Source: Deltaproteobacteria bacterium (GTDB lineage Bacteria; Myxococcota_A; UBA9160; PR03). Taken from it: a DNA stretch of 64,000 nucleotides. A model generated the notes under the pieces. The model was not told the origin of the DNA, ran no database searches, and saw nothing but the letters and a program-made list of their open reading frames with translations. This document shows positions 47,576 to 56,070 of the stretch, piece by piece. A program made the translations under genes and the position numbers. The stretch lies in the NCBI GenBank assembly GCA_031396445.1, contig JANNKU010000149.1, positions 30,975 through 94,974 of the forward strand, in the 5' to 3' direction. Each line of letters opens with the position of its first letter. Position 1 is the first letter of the stretch.

Positions 47576-49441
47576 ATGAGCCGAGTGCATCGACGCGAGC
47601 CTGGAAGCAATACGAGACTGGGCGCCCTCGCGTGGGCCGTCGCGCTGCTTTGCGTTTCGACGGCCGCGCAGGGCCAGACCGTCGAGCTGAGCTTCGAAGG
47701 CGTGAGCCAATACGACAGCGCCTCGGTCGGACGCAACTCCATTCCGCCGGACCCGAGCGGTGCGGCGAGCCTGACGCAGTACATGGAAGTCGCAGCTGGC
47801 GCCTACGCCGTCTTCGACAAGGGCACGGGCACGCAGCTGTCGCTCTTCTCTGACTTGTCGTTCTGGTCGGCCGCGGGCCAGACCGGCGCCAACGGCGACG
47901 CGCGCGTCCGGTACAACGCAGCGGTCGATCGCTGGGTGGTGACGTCGTTCGGCGAAAATTTGAAGGACGTGCAGATCGCGGTGTCGGATACCGACGACGC
48001 GCTCGGCGGCTGGAAGTCGATCAAGTTCGAGGGATTTGCAGGTGTTGGCGCTGTCGCCGACTACCCGACGCTCGCGCTCGACCGAAACGCGGTCTACATC
48101 GGCACCAACAACTTCGCGCCAGGTCTTCTCAGCACCACGCTGAACGTGATCCCGATCGACAGCCTCTTCGGCGCTGGCGCTCCGACGCTGACCAACATGA
48201 AGCGGTTCGTGACGCCCGCCGCGGAGGATCGCGGCTTCACGCTCCAGGGCGTCAACTCTTCGGCGGCGGGATCGACGGGCAAAGTGGTCGCAACATCGCT
48301 GGTCGAGTTCGACAACTTGGCGTTCCAGGTCACCGGTCTCAGTTCGTCGTCGGCGACCGACGCGTCCGTGTCGGACCCAGTTTATCTGCAGCTCTCCACG
48401 ATCAGGTCCCCAGACCCAGGGCGCCAGCCATCGGCGGCCATCCCCGCGAACCGACGCATCATCGGGACGGTGGGCGAGCGCATCGGCAGCAGCGTCTACG
48501 AGGCCCAGGGCAAGATCTTCATGGTCCAGACCGTCGATCCGGATGCCGACGGCCTCGACGAGTCGCGGGTGCGATACACCGTGATCGATGCAACGAGCTT
48601 TGCCCTCCTCGACGAGGGAGAGATCGGCGAGGCGGGCTTCGACTACTACCAGGGCTCGATCGCGGTCAACAGCCTCGGCCAGGTGGTGATCGGCTACAAC
48701 CGCTCGGGTCTCACGCAGACAGACGCGAACGGCGATGGGCTCTCCGACGGCAACATCACGCTGATGGCGCGGACCTTCGCGGCGGATGCCAGCGGCGCAC
48801 TCCAACCGACCAGCGGCGAGTTGCTTCTCAAGGTCAGTCTGACCGACGACTACCACAACGGCAGCAATTTCGGGCAGCCCGCTACTGGGGTCCAGCGTTG
48901 GGGCGACTCGAGCCAGGTCACGATCGATCCGTCTGACGAGCGCCAGTTCTGGGTGATCGGCCAGTTCGCGCGGGAGTACAACCTGCCCGCTTTCGGGCAT
49001 CCCGGCGGAACCGGCGGCTCGCGGTGGGGTACCTGGATCGCGCGGATCGCGATGCCGTCCGACCCGGACGAAGACAGCGACGGGATACCCGACGCCACCG
49101 ACAACTGCCCGGTCGCGTCGAACCCCGCGCAGCTCGACGCCGACGCCGACGCGGTCGGCGACGCCTGCGACAACTGCTCGCAGCGCGCGAACGCGGAACA
49201 GCGCAACACCAACGGGGATCAGTACGGGAACGTCTGCGATCCCGACTACAACGACGACGGCGCCGTCGGCATCCCGGACTTCAATCTGCTGCGCACGCAA
49301 TTCGGCAAGCGCAGCGACATCAACCGCGACTTCAATCCCAACGTGGACCACAACGGCGACGGCGTGATCGGGCTGCCGGACTTCAACGTGTTGCGTTCGT
49401 ACTTCGGCGGTGCACCGGGACCGGCGGGCGCGCTGCCGTAG
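47576..49441 (+). CDS. Secreted protein of unknown function with C-terminal TSP3 + dockerin-like module
   Basis: Signal peptide ...LGALAWAVALLCVSTAAQGQ. The unassigned N-terminal domain of about 490 aa is beta-rich. The shared C-terminal module runs from 49061 to 49441. Confidence 0.8.
   Translation: MSRVHRREPGSNTRLGALAWAVALLCVSTAAQGQTVELSFEGVSQYDSASVGRNSIPPDPSGAASLTQYMEVAAGAYAVFDKGTGTQLSLFSDLSFWSAAGQTGANGDARVRYNAAVDRWVVTSFGENLKDVQIAVSDTDDALGGWKSIKFEGFAGVGAVADYPTLALDRNAVYIGTNNFAPGLLSTTLNVIPIDSLFGAGAPTLTNMKRFVTPAAEDRGFTLQGVNSSAAGSTGKVVATSLVEFDNLAFQVTGLSSSSATDASVSDPVYLQLSTIRSPDPGRQPSAAIPANRRIIGTVGERIGSSVYEAQGKIFMVQTVDPDADGLDESRVRYTVIDATSFALLDEGEIGEAGFDYYQGSIAVNSLGQVVIGYNRSGLTQTDANGDGLSDGNITLMARTFAADASGALQPTSGELLLKVSLTDDYHNGSNFGQPATGVQRWGDSSQVTIDPSDERQFWVIGQFAREYNLPAFGHPGGTGGSRWGTWIARIAMPSDPDEDSDGIPDATDNCPVASNPAQLDADADAVGDACDNCSQRANAEQRNTNGDQYGNVCDPDYNDDGAVGIPDFNLLRTQFGKRSDINRDFNPNVDHNGDGVIGLPDFNVLRSYFGGAPGPAGALP
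49226..49441 (+). repeat. Shared 216-nt 3' coding module, copy 2
   Basis: See copy 1. It encodes GNVCDPDYNDDGAVGIPDFNLLRTQFGKRSDINRDFNPNVDHNGDGVIGLPDFNVLRSYFGGAPGPAGALP. Confidence 0.88.
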
Positions 49442-49572
49442 TCGGAGGCGGTCTCGACGACGCGGTGCTGGCTGTCGAAGATTCCGTCGATGCGACTGTT
49501 GTAGAGGCCGGCCATGATGCCCGGACCTTCGTTGCGCGGCGCGACGACGATCTTCACCGCAATTGATTCCAT
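49442..49572 (-). pseudogene. Remnant of a cohesin-like PEP-CTERM gene (paralog of 53635..54243)
   Basis: Region 49472-49560 aligns at the nucleotide level with 53759-53860. The minus-strand translation IVVAPRNEGPGIMAGLYNSRIDGIFDSQ matches FRVVAPLNNGPDITTGLYNAGIDGIFDSE. The N-terminal roughly 130 codons and the PEP-CTERM tail are both absent. Confidence 0.6.
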
Positions 49573-49623
49573 ACACCGGACGAAAAGACGTAGGGTGTCC
49601 CCTGCACCAGCGGAGGGGGAACC

Positions 49624-52600
49624 ATGCGGAGCGGTTGCGGCGTTTTGTTCGGGCTGATCGGAAGTCTCGCGCTTGGCGTTCTCGCCGGCGGGAGAGCGGA
49701 GGCACAGGCTCCCACGATCTTGGTGGCGGCTGGCGCGAACCAGGTGGCGTACGCGGGGATCCCGAACGTTCTCTCCGATGATCCGGGCGTATTCTGGTAC
49801 ACCCCGCCGACCTGCAGCGGAGTGGGCGCAGCCTCAGACGGGACGTCCCCCGCCCGCATCTTTCGCGGCACCACCTACGCCGCGCCGCCGCGCACGCTCC
49901 TGAGCGTCAATCCGCCGCGGCCGGCGACGACCTGCAACCCGTATCGCCTGCTCTCCAACATCGCGGTGGACGAGAGCTTCCTCTACTTCGTGGACAACCA
50001 GGGGCCGAGCGGCCACTTCGCCCTCCAGAAGCGCTCGCGCGACGCCAACGAGAGCGACCCCTCGACGATGCTCGTCGACATGGGCACGACCCTCACCAGC
50101 GCCGAGGTGAACGCGCAGTACCCGACCGTGCTCTTCGTCGTCGTGCGCCAGCCGGGCGGCCAGGACCTGCTTCGGGAGTTCTGGAAGAGCGATGGCGGTT
50201 TCCTGGCGAACCTCGAAGCGGGACCGGCGGGCGCGATTCGCGACCTCCAGTACGACGGCCGGTACCTCTACTGGCTGAACGGCACCGCGCTGCGTGCGGA
50301 CGACACCACCAACGGCGCGATGAAGACCGTCGTGGCGAGCGGCGTCTCGGCCTACTTTGCAGAGGGCTTCTACGAGGGAGGCTGCTACCCCAACGGCTGC
50401 GAAGACAACGTCGCCTTCGTCCTCTACGGCAGGGGCAATCAGGTTCTAATAACCGATGCGGTGTTCCCCGGCGGCGGCTACCCGCCGTACTACACCGCAA
50501 CGGATCCGAACGCGACGATCCATGCCATCACGCGCGACAACCTGGACAACGTGTACCACCTGGAGCGCCGCGCCGCGGTGCCGGGCGGCGTCTTCGACCG
50601 CGAAGAGCGCCTGTACCGGAACAGCACGCTGATCTTCGGGCCCGTGAACAACGGCGGCCCCGGCTTCGACGCACTCACCACGGACCTCACCCATCTCTAT
50701 TTCCACAACCGCGCAACCAACGCGCTGCTGAAGCTGCGCAACGGAGCGACGGCGATCGCGATCTACGATGTTCGCGGCACCGGGATCGAGGTGACGCAGG
50801 GCATCCAGAACCCCGCGAACGACGTGACGCTCATCGAGAACAAGCGCACGATGGTGCGCTTCTACGTCAGGTCGAATGATGCCCGGAGCGTCTGGGGCGT
50901 CACGGCATTCTTGGACGTCTTCAACACCCAGGGGTACCTCGGCCGGCTGCAGCCGGTGAACCGCATCGGGAAGCTGCTGCTGGTGAGGCCGGATCCGCTC
51001 CGGATGAACGTCAACGATTCGTTCCTCTTCGAGGTTCCGCTCGACTGGACGCTCTCCACCGCGCTGACCTTCCAGGGCACCGTGAATCCGCTGGCCGGCG
51101 TCGTCGAGGACAACTTCACGAACAACACCGCGACCTCCCCGCTCCTCATCTTCACGCAATCGCCTCGGATGCTGCTCGACCTCGTCGAGTTCCGGTACAG
51201 CAACGCCGGAGGCATCGCGGCGGGTGGCTTCTTCGACGACGTGAACAGCGTGCGCTTGATGCGCGAGTTCTACCCTGTCGCTTCCAGCCAATCGGGCGGG
51301 ATCGACGATCCGGGGCCCGGACTCCGCGTGAACTTCCGCAGCGTGACGGACAACGCGCTCGAGAATCGCGTCAACCAGACCAACGACGTCTGCAACGCGC
51401 GGATCTGCAAAGGCGGCCTCTGCTGCAGCGCAGGACAATCGGATGTGGCCTGCATGAACCTGCTCGCGGCCGTGCCGGGGACGATCAAGGACGATCGCAA
51501 CCAGTGCGCCGGGGATTACGTGGTGCAGCAGCTCCAGGCCATGCGCACGGCGGGGACGATTCCGAAGGACCGCTACATCTACGGCTCGATCGCCTACGGC
51601 ACGGCCCCTGCGACGCTGTTCACGCGGGGGTTCAACCCGGGCGGCGAGACGATCGCCGTGGGCCCCATGAAGGACCCATCGAATGAGCAGAACTACATGG
51701 CCCACGAGATCGGCCATGCACTCGGTCGCGGGCACCCGACCCCGGGCGCGGCCCCGACCTGTCCGGACCAAAGCGCCGGCGACAACGGCTACCCGTACGT
51801 GGCGGCACGCATCGGCGGGCGCCTGGTAGCGGGCGGGCCCTTCGGCGGACCCAACGTGCCCGACGAGGTCGCCCACGCGCGGCTCGACTTCGGCGACCCC
51901 AACAACCCGCTCAACCCGGTCGTGCGGATCGTGGGCGCATCGACCGCCGGCGACACCATGAGCTACTGCGCTCCCTACGGCATCAGCTCGTGGAACTTCG
52001 AGGCGATCTACAACAGGCTGGCGTTCCAGCCCCTGGCCGCCGCGCCCGTCGCGGCGGGGCGCCTGGCGGGCGCAAGCGCTCCGGCTGTTGCGGGCGATTG
52101 GCTCCTCGCCTACGGAAGCTTCCCGCGCGTGTCGGGAGCTGGCGCCTTCGGCATCGTACGGCGCTTCGACAGCGTGGCCGACGTGCCGCCCCTGGTCGAC
52201 GGCGGCTATGTGCTCCAGCTCCGAGCTGGCGATGGCGCAATCCTGGCGAGCCACGCCTTCACTCCCCGCGAGAGTTCCGAGGGAGATGCGCAGAGCCTGG
52301 GCTTCGAAGTCGTGGTCCCGTTCGAGCCTGACACTCGTTCGCTTCGGGTGGTCGAGAGCGCCACATCCCGGGTCGTTGCTACCCACGCCGTGAGCGCAGG
52401 TCGGCCCGCGCTATCCGACGTTCTGCTGGTGAACGCGCCCGACCCCGTGACGGGCGTGGTCACGCTCGAGTGGACGGCGAGCGACCCCGATGGCGACCCG
52501 CTGACCTTCGACGTCCTCTACTCCCACGATGCGGGCGCCACGTGGCAGCCCATCGAGCTCTCCCTTTCCGGGGCGAGCGTTTCCGTCGACAGCGATGCGC

Positions 52601-53622
52601 TCGGCGGCGGCACGGGCCAGTTCCGCGTCGAGGCGAGCGATGGCGCTCAGAGCGCACGGGCCGAGAGCGATCCGTTCGAGGTCGCACCCAAACCGCCCGT
52701 CGTACGCATCGCGAACCCGGGCGATGGTCTCCAGATCGAATGGAATCAGCTCGTGAACTTCGTGGGCGAGGTTCAGGATCCCCAGCAGCAGCCCATCCCC
52801 GACGCGAACCTCGAGTGGTCCAACGCCTATCGCAGCCTGGGCACGGGGCCCGCCGTGGCCGTTGCCGATCTCGAAGTCGGCACGAACCTCATCACCCTCG
52901 CAGCCACCAACGCGGCAGGACTCACGGCCACCGCCAATGTGACCGTGGTGGTAGGAGACCGGATCCGTCTCCCCGGATCGATCCTCACGTCGACTCCGTC
53001 GACACTTTCCTGGAGCGTCGCAGGCAATGAGACGGCTCTGCAGACGGGCAGCCTTCTCGTCACGAACGTCGGCGGTGGCGGCTCGGTCGGTCTCGTGGCC
53101 GTGAGCAGCCAGCCCTGGCTCACGGTCAACGGCGAAGCCTCGGTCTCGCTCACGGCGCCGACGACGCTCGCCATCGCAGCCGACCCCGCCGGCCTGTCGG
53201 ACCTGTCGACCTCCACGGCGGAGATCCAGATCACGAACGCCAGCGATCCCTCGAACGTCGTGGTGGTACCCGTCACGGTGCTGAAGGGCAGCCTCGTCGC
53301 CGGTCAACCCTTTGCCGACGCGGACGGGGACGACATCGCCGACGGCGAGGACAACTGCACGCTCGTCGCGAATACCGACCAGCGCGACAGCAACGACGAC
53401 GGCTACGGAAACGTCTGCGATCCCGATTACAACGGTGACGGCCGCGTCGGGATTCCCGACTTCAACCTGCTGCGCTCGCAGTTCGGCAAGCGCAGCGGCG
53501 TCCACACCGACTTCAATCCCGACGCCGACCACAACGGCGACGGCGTCATCGGGCTGCCCGACTTCAACGTGTTGCGGTCGTACTTCGGCAGCGCACCCGG
53601 TCCGTCGGGCGCGCTGCCGTAG
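49624..53622 (+). CDS. Large secreted multidomain protein: YWTD-like beta-propeller, metzincin-type zinc peptidase motif, Ig/FN3-like domains, C-terminal TSP3 + dockerin-like module
   Basis: It has a signal peptide. FLYFVDN, YLYWLNG and HLYFHN are propeller-blade motifs. HEIGHALGRGH at 51703-51735 matches HExxHxxGxxH. LEWTASDPDGDPLTFDVLYSHDAGATWQ indicates Ig-like repeats. The shared module runs from 53317 to 53622. Confidence 0.85.
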   Translation: MRSGCGVLFGLIGSLALGVLAGGRAEAQAPTILVAAGANQVAYAGIPNVLSDDPGVFWYTPPTCSGVGAASDGTSPARIFRGTTYAAPPRTLLSVNPPRPATTCNPYRLLSNIAVDESFLYFVDNQGPSGHFALQKRSRDANESDPSTMLVDMGTTLTSAEVNAQYPTVLFVVVRQPGGQDLLREFWKSDGGFLANLEAGPAGAIRDLQYDGRYLYWLNGTALRADDTTNGAMKTVVASGVSAYFAEGFYEGGCYPNGCEDNVAFVLYGRGNQVLITDAVFPGGGYPPYYTATDPNATIHAITRDNLDNVYHLERRAAVPGGVFDREERLYRNSTLIFGPVNNGGPGFDALTTDLTHLYFHNRATNALLKLRNGATAIAIYDVRGTGIEVTQGIQNPANDVTLIENKRTMVRFYVRSNDARSVWGVTAFLDVFNTQGYLGRLQPVNRIGKLLLVRPDPLRMNVNDSFLFEVPLDWTLSTALTFQGTVNPLAGVVEDNFTNNTATSPLLIFTQSPRMLLDLVEFRYSNAGGIAAGGFFDDVNSVRLMREFYPVASSQSGGIDDPGPGLRVNFRSVTDNALENRVNQTNDVCNARICKGGLCCSAGQSDVACMNLLAAVPGTIKDDRNQCAGDYVVQQLQAMRTAGTIPKDRYIYGSIAYGTAPATLFTRGFNPGGETIAVGPMKDPSNEQNYMAHEIGHALGRGHPTPGAAPTCPDQSAGDNGYPYVAARIGGRLVAGGPFGGPNVPDEVAHARLDFGDPNNPLNPVVRIVGASTAGDTMSYCAPYGISSWNFEAIYNRLAFQPLAAAPVAAGRLAGASAPAVAGDWLLAYGSFPRVSGAGAFGIVRRFDSVADVPPLVDGGYVLQLRAGDGAILASHAFTPRESSEGDAQSLGFEVVVPFEPDTRSLRVVESATSRVVATHAVSAGRPALSDVLLVNAPDPVTGVVTLEWTASDPDGDPLTFDVLYSHDAGATWQPIELSLSGASVSVDSDALGGGTGQFRVEASDGAQSARAESDPFEVAPKPPVVRIANPGDGLQIEWNQLVNFVGEVQDPQQQPIPDANLEWSNAYRSLGTGPAVAVADLEVGTNLITLAATNAAGLTATANVTVVVGDRIRLPGSILTSTPSTLSWSVAGNETALQTGSLLVTNVGGGGSVGLVAVSSQPWLTVNGEASVSLTAPTTLAIAADPAGLSDLSTSTAEIQITNASDPSNVVVVPVTVLKGSLVAGQPFADADGDDIADGEDNCTLVANTDQRDSNDDGYGNVCDPDYNGDGRVGIPDFNLLRSQFGKRSGVHTDFNPDADHNGDGVIGLPDFNVLRSYFGSAPGPSGALP
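53407..53622 (+). repeat. Shared 216-nt 3' coding module, copy 3
   Basis: See copy 1. It encodes GNVCDPDYNGDGRVGIPDFNLLRSQFGKRSGVHTDFNPDADHNGDGVIGLPDFNVLRSYFGSAPGPSGALP. Confidence 0.88.
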
Positions 53623-53634
53623 TCGAAGCCGAGC

Positions 53635-54243
53635 TCAGCTACGCCGGTTTCGTCGCCCGCCCGTGAGGGCGGCGATGCCGGCGCCGAGGAGCAGCACCGT
53701 TCCCGGTTCCGGTGTCACGGCGGCCGACCGAAACTCGGTCTCCAGCTCGAGGCCCTCGCTATCGAAGATGCCGTCGATGCCGGCGTTGTAGAGGCCCGTC
53801 GTGATGTCCGGACCGTTGTTCAGCGGCGCGACGACGCGGAAGCTGATCGTGCCGGCGAGGAACGACACGTTGACCGCGCCGACGCCGAAGGTGGCCGCCT
53901 CGAAGGTGAGCACGCGACCGGGCGTCGCGACGCTGCTCTCCGAGCTGCCATCGACACCCGCGCTCAGGTTGAACGAGAAGGCCGCCGGCAACAGTTCCGT
54001 CGCCGAGAGGAAGTCGAGGTCGCCGTTGAACTCGACGGAGACGCCGTAGGAGCTGATCCCGTTGGCGTCCGCCGTGATGCGGATCTCGGCCGTGATCGTC
54101 TGTCCCGGCGCCGCGACGATCGCGTCGGTGCCCGACTCCGTGAAGACGATCTCGACGATGCCGAGTGCTCGCGCGTCGAGCGGCATCGCTCCCATACAAA
54201 GAACCGCCGCAGCAGCCCCAATCCACCAGTGCTTCCGTCGCAT
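53635..54243 (-). CDS. PEP-CTERM-anchored secreted protein with cohesin-like beta-sandwich domain (tentative)
   Basis: Starts at MRRKHWWIGAAAAVLCMGAMPLDARA (CAT at 54241-54243). The domain IVEIVFTESGTDAIVAAPGQTITAEIRITADANGISSYGVSVEFNGDLDFLSATEL...ISFRVVAP follows the cohesin strand pattern. The C-terminus is TPEPGTVLLLGAGIAALTGGRRNRRS. Its stop lies 12 nt from the convergent stop of 49624..53622. Confidence 0.78.
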   Translation of the reverse strand: MRRKHWWIGAAAAVLCMGAMPLDARALGIVEIVFTESGTDAIVAAPGQTITAEIRITADANGISSYGVSVEFNGDLDFLSATELLPAAFSFNLSAGVDGSSESSVATPGRVLTFEAATFGVGAVNVSFLAGTISFRVVAPLNNGPDITTGLYNAGIDGIFDSEGLELETEFRSAAVTPEPGTVLLLGAGIAALTGGRRNRRS

Positions 54244-54335
54244 AGTCCTACTCCTCGTCGGTGTTGTTACCCACGAGTAGGTGGACATTGCAGCCTCGAT
54301 GTGGCGAATCGATTCGCCTGCGGAGGCGAATCCGC

Positions 54336-55292
54336 TCAGGCCGCGGCGGTCGCAGCTCCTCGCGTGCTCACTCCCGTCGCGCGCGCGATCGCCATCCGCG
54401 TGCAGGGCAGCTCCGGGCACGCCCAGCGGACGGTGCTCGCCTTCAGTTGGTCGGAAGGATGGAGCCAGAGGCGTTGCAGCACGCCCGGCATGTGCGTGCC
54501 GGTGAGGCGCTGCGCCCAATCGGGCATCAGCGCCATCGAGGCGCGAATGCCGACCCAGCGATCGAAGCGCTCCCAGCGGCCGACTGCGAAGTCGTCGGTG
54601 GTGCCGGCGATGAAGCCGAGGAAGTTCCGCGTCTGCTCATTCATGCTCATCAGCGGCCGCATCCGCTCGACGTAGTCGTCGAGTTCGGCCACCGACTCGG
54701 GCACCCAATCGGCGCCGCCCATGCGACCGATCACGGCCTGCTCTTTGAGGTAGCGATCTTTCTCTTCGAGACTCAGCGGGCGCCGGTAGCGGTCGTAGGC
54801 GTTCATCACCGCCCACGGAATGCAGGTGTGCACCCAAGCGATCAGCTCGGGATCGAGCGCGCGATACGCGACACCGTCGGGGCGGTGGCCGTTGATGCGC
54901 GCGTGAACCTTCTTGACCGACTCGATCACGCGCTTCGCCGCGGGCGTGCTGCCGAAGGTCGAGCGCAGTACGTAACCAAGTGTATTGCGCGCGCGCCGCA
55001 GCGGATCAGTGCGGTACGACGACTGCGTGAAGACGCCCGCCATCACCGACGGGTGCAACACCTCCATCAAAATTGCGCCGGTGCCGCCGACCACGAGACT
55101 CGCGAGGTCGCCGTTGATCTCCCACGAGATGCTGCCCGCTCCGCCCGAGATGCCCGGGTCGCCCGGCTCGCCGTCATAGATCTGCGGCTCGTCGTGGCGT
55201 CCGCCCGCGGCTTCGATCTGATCGACGAGGCGCTGCCGGAAGGCCGCGAGCCAGCGCGCGGGGAACATCGAGTTCGCGGTGAGATCGGCCAT
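54336..55292 (-). CDS. DUF2236 / MpaB-family oxygenase-like protein (second copy)
   Basis: Starts at MADLTANSMF (CAT at 55290-55292). Motifs include ILMEVLHPSVMAGVFTQSSYRTDPLRRARNT and VHARINGHRPDGVAYRALDPELIAWV. It is divergent from a TetR gene. Confidence 0.8.
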   Translation of the reverse strand: MADLTANSMFPARWLAAFRQRLVDQIEAAGGRHDEPQIYDGEPGDPGISGGAGSISWEINGDLASLVVGGTGAILMEVLHPSVMAGVFTQSSYRTDPLRRARNTLGYVLRSTFGSTPAAKRVIESVKKVHARINGHRPDGVAYRALDPELIAWVHTCIPWAVMNAYDRYRRPLSLEEKDRYLKEQAVIGRMGGADWVPESVAELDDYVERMRPLMSMNEQTRNFLGFIAGTTDDFAVGRWERFDRWVGIRASMALMPDWAQRLTGTHMPGVLQRLWLHPSDQLKASTVRWACPELPCTRMAIARATGVSTRGAATAAA

Positions 55293-55395
55293 GCGGGTGA
55301 CTCCTTCCTGCGGGGTGGCTCGTGGCTCGGCGCGCGATAGGCTAATCCAAGTCAATGCTCAGATTACTCGGATATCGCCCGCGGCGAGCCTGCGC

Positions 55396-56022
55396 ATGAG
55401 TGCGCGCGCCCAACGCCCCGAACTCGCGCCGAAAAAGCGGCCTGTGCAGCGCCGCTCGCGGGAGACCTACGAAGCGGTGGTCGAGGCATGTACTGGGCTT
55501 CTGGCCGAGCGCGGTTACGCGCGCACCACCACCAACCACATCGCGGAGCGGGCCGGCGTGAACATCGCCTCGCTCTACGAATACTTTCCCGGCAAGGACG
55601 CGATCGTCGCCGCCGTGGCCGAGCGAATGGTCGATCGGGTGCTGGTGCGGATCGGTCGCGGCGCGGCGCGCGTGATGGAGGGCGGCGAGAGCCGCGCCGT
55701 GCGCGCGTGGATCGAGTTGATCCACGACACGGTGACGCGTGAGAAGAAACTCGTCGCCGTCTTCCTCTACCAGGTGCCGTACACCAACGAGCTCGAGTCG
55801 ATCCAGAACGTCGGCACGCGACTCGTCGCGTTCTCGCAGCAGATCCGCAACCACAGCGGCGGCTTCGTGCGCCGGGATTTCTCGGACGCCACGCTGCACC
55901 TGCTGATCAACCTGGTGACGTCGACGATCATGCAGCTCGTCTTCGATCCGCCGAAGGGGATCTCGCGGCGCGCGCTGCTCGACGAGCTGATCCTGCGCGC
56001 GGAGGAGTGGATCCGCGGCTGA
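55396..56022 (+). CDS. TetR/AcrR family transcriptional regulator
   Basis: Starts at MSARAQRPE. The HTH region is SRETYEAVVEACTGLLAERGYARTTTNHIAERAGVNIASLYEYFPGKDAI. Confidence 0.9.
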   Translation: MSARAQRPELAPKKRPVQRRSRETYEAVVEACTGLLAERGYARTTTNHIAERAGVNIASLYEYFPGKDAIVAAVAERMVDRVLVRIGRGAARVMEGGESRAVRAWIELIHDTVTREKKLVAVFLYQVPYTNELESIQNVGTRLVAFSQQIRNHSGGFVRRDFSDATLHLLINLVTSTIMQLVFDPPKGISRRALLDELILRAEEWIRG

Positions 56023-56070
56023 CGCTTTGCGGCGCTCGACGACTTCGCCGCGACCCGGCAGCATGCGGAG

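Noticed and set aside
49246-49572. 108-aa minus-strand ORF as a functional gene
   Set aside because: Only its first roughly 35 codons have homology (to the cohesin-like gene). The rest is antisense of the dockerin module of 47576-49441, so it is treated as a pseudogene remnant.
44220-49705. Very long minus-strand ORFs (1117 aa at 44220-47573 and 773 aa at 47384-49705) antisense to the dockerin-bearing genes
   Set aside because: They are mirror images of Asp-rich coding repeats, giving Val/Ala/Arg-rich nonsense, with no motifs. The plus-strand products have signal peptides and catalytic signatures.
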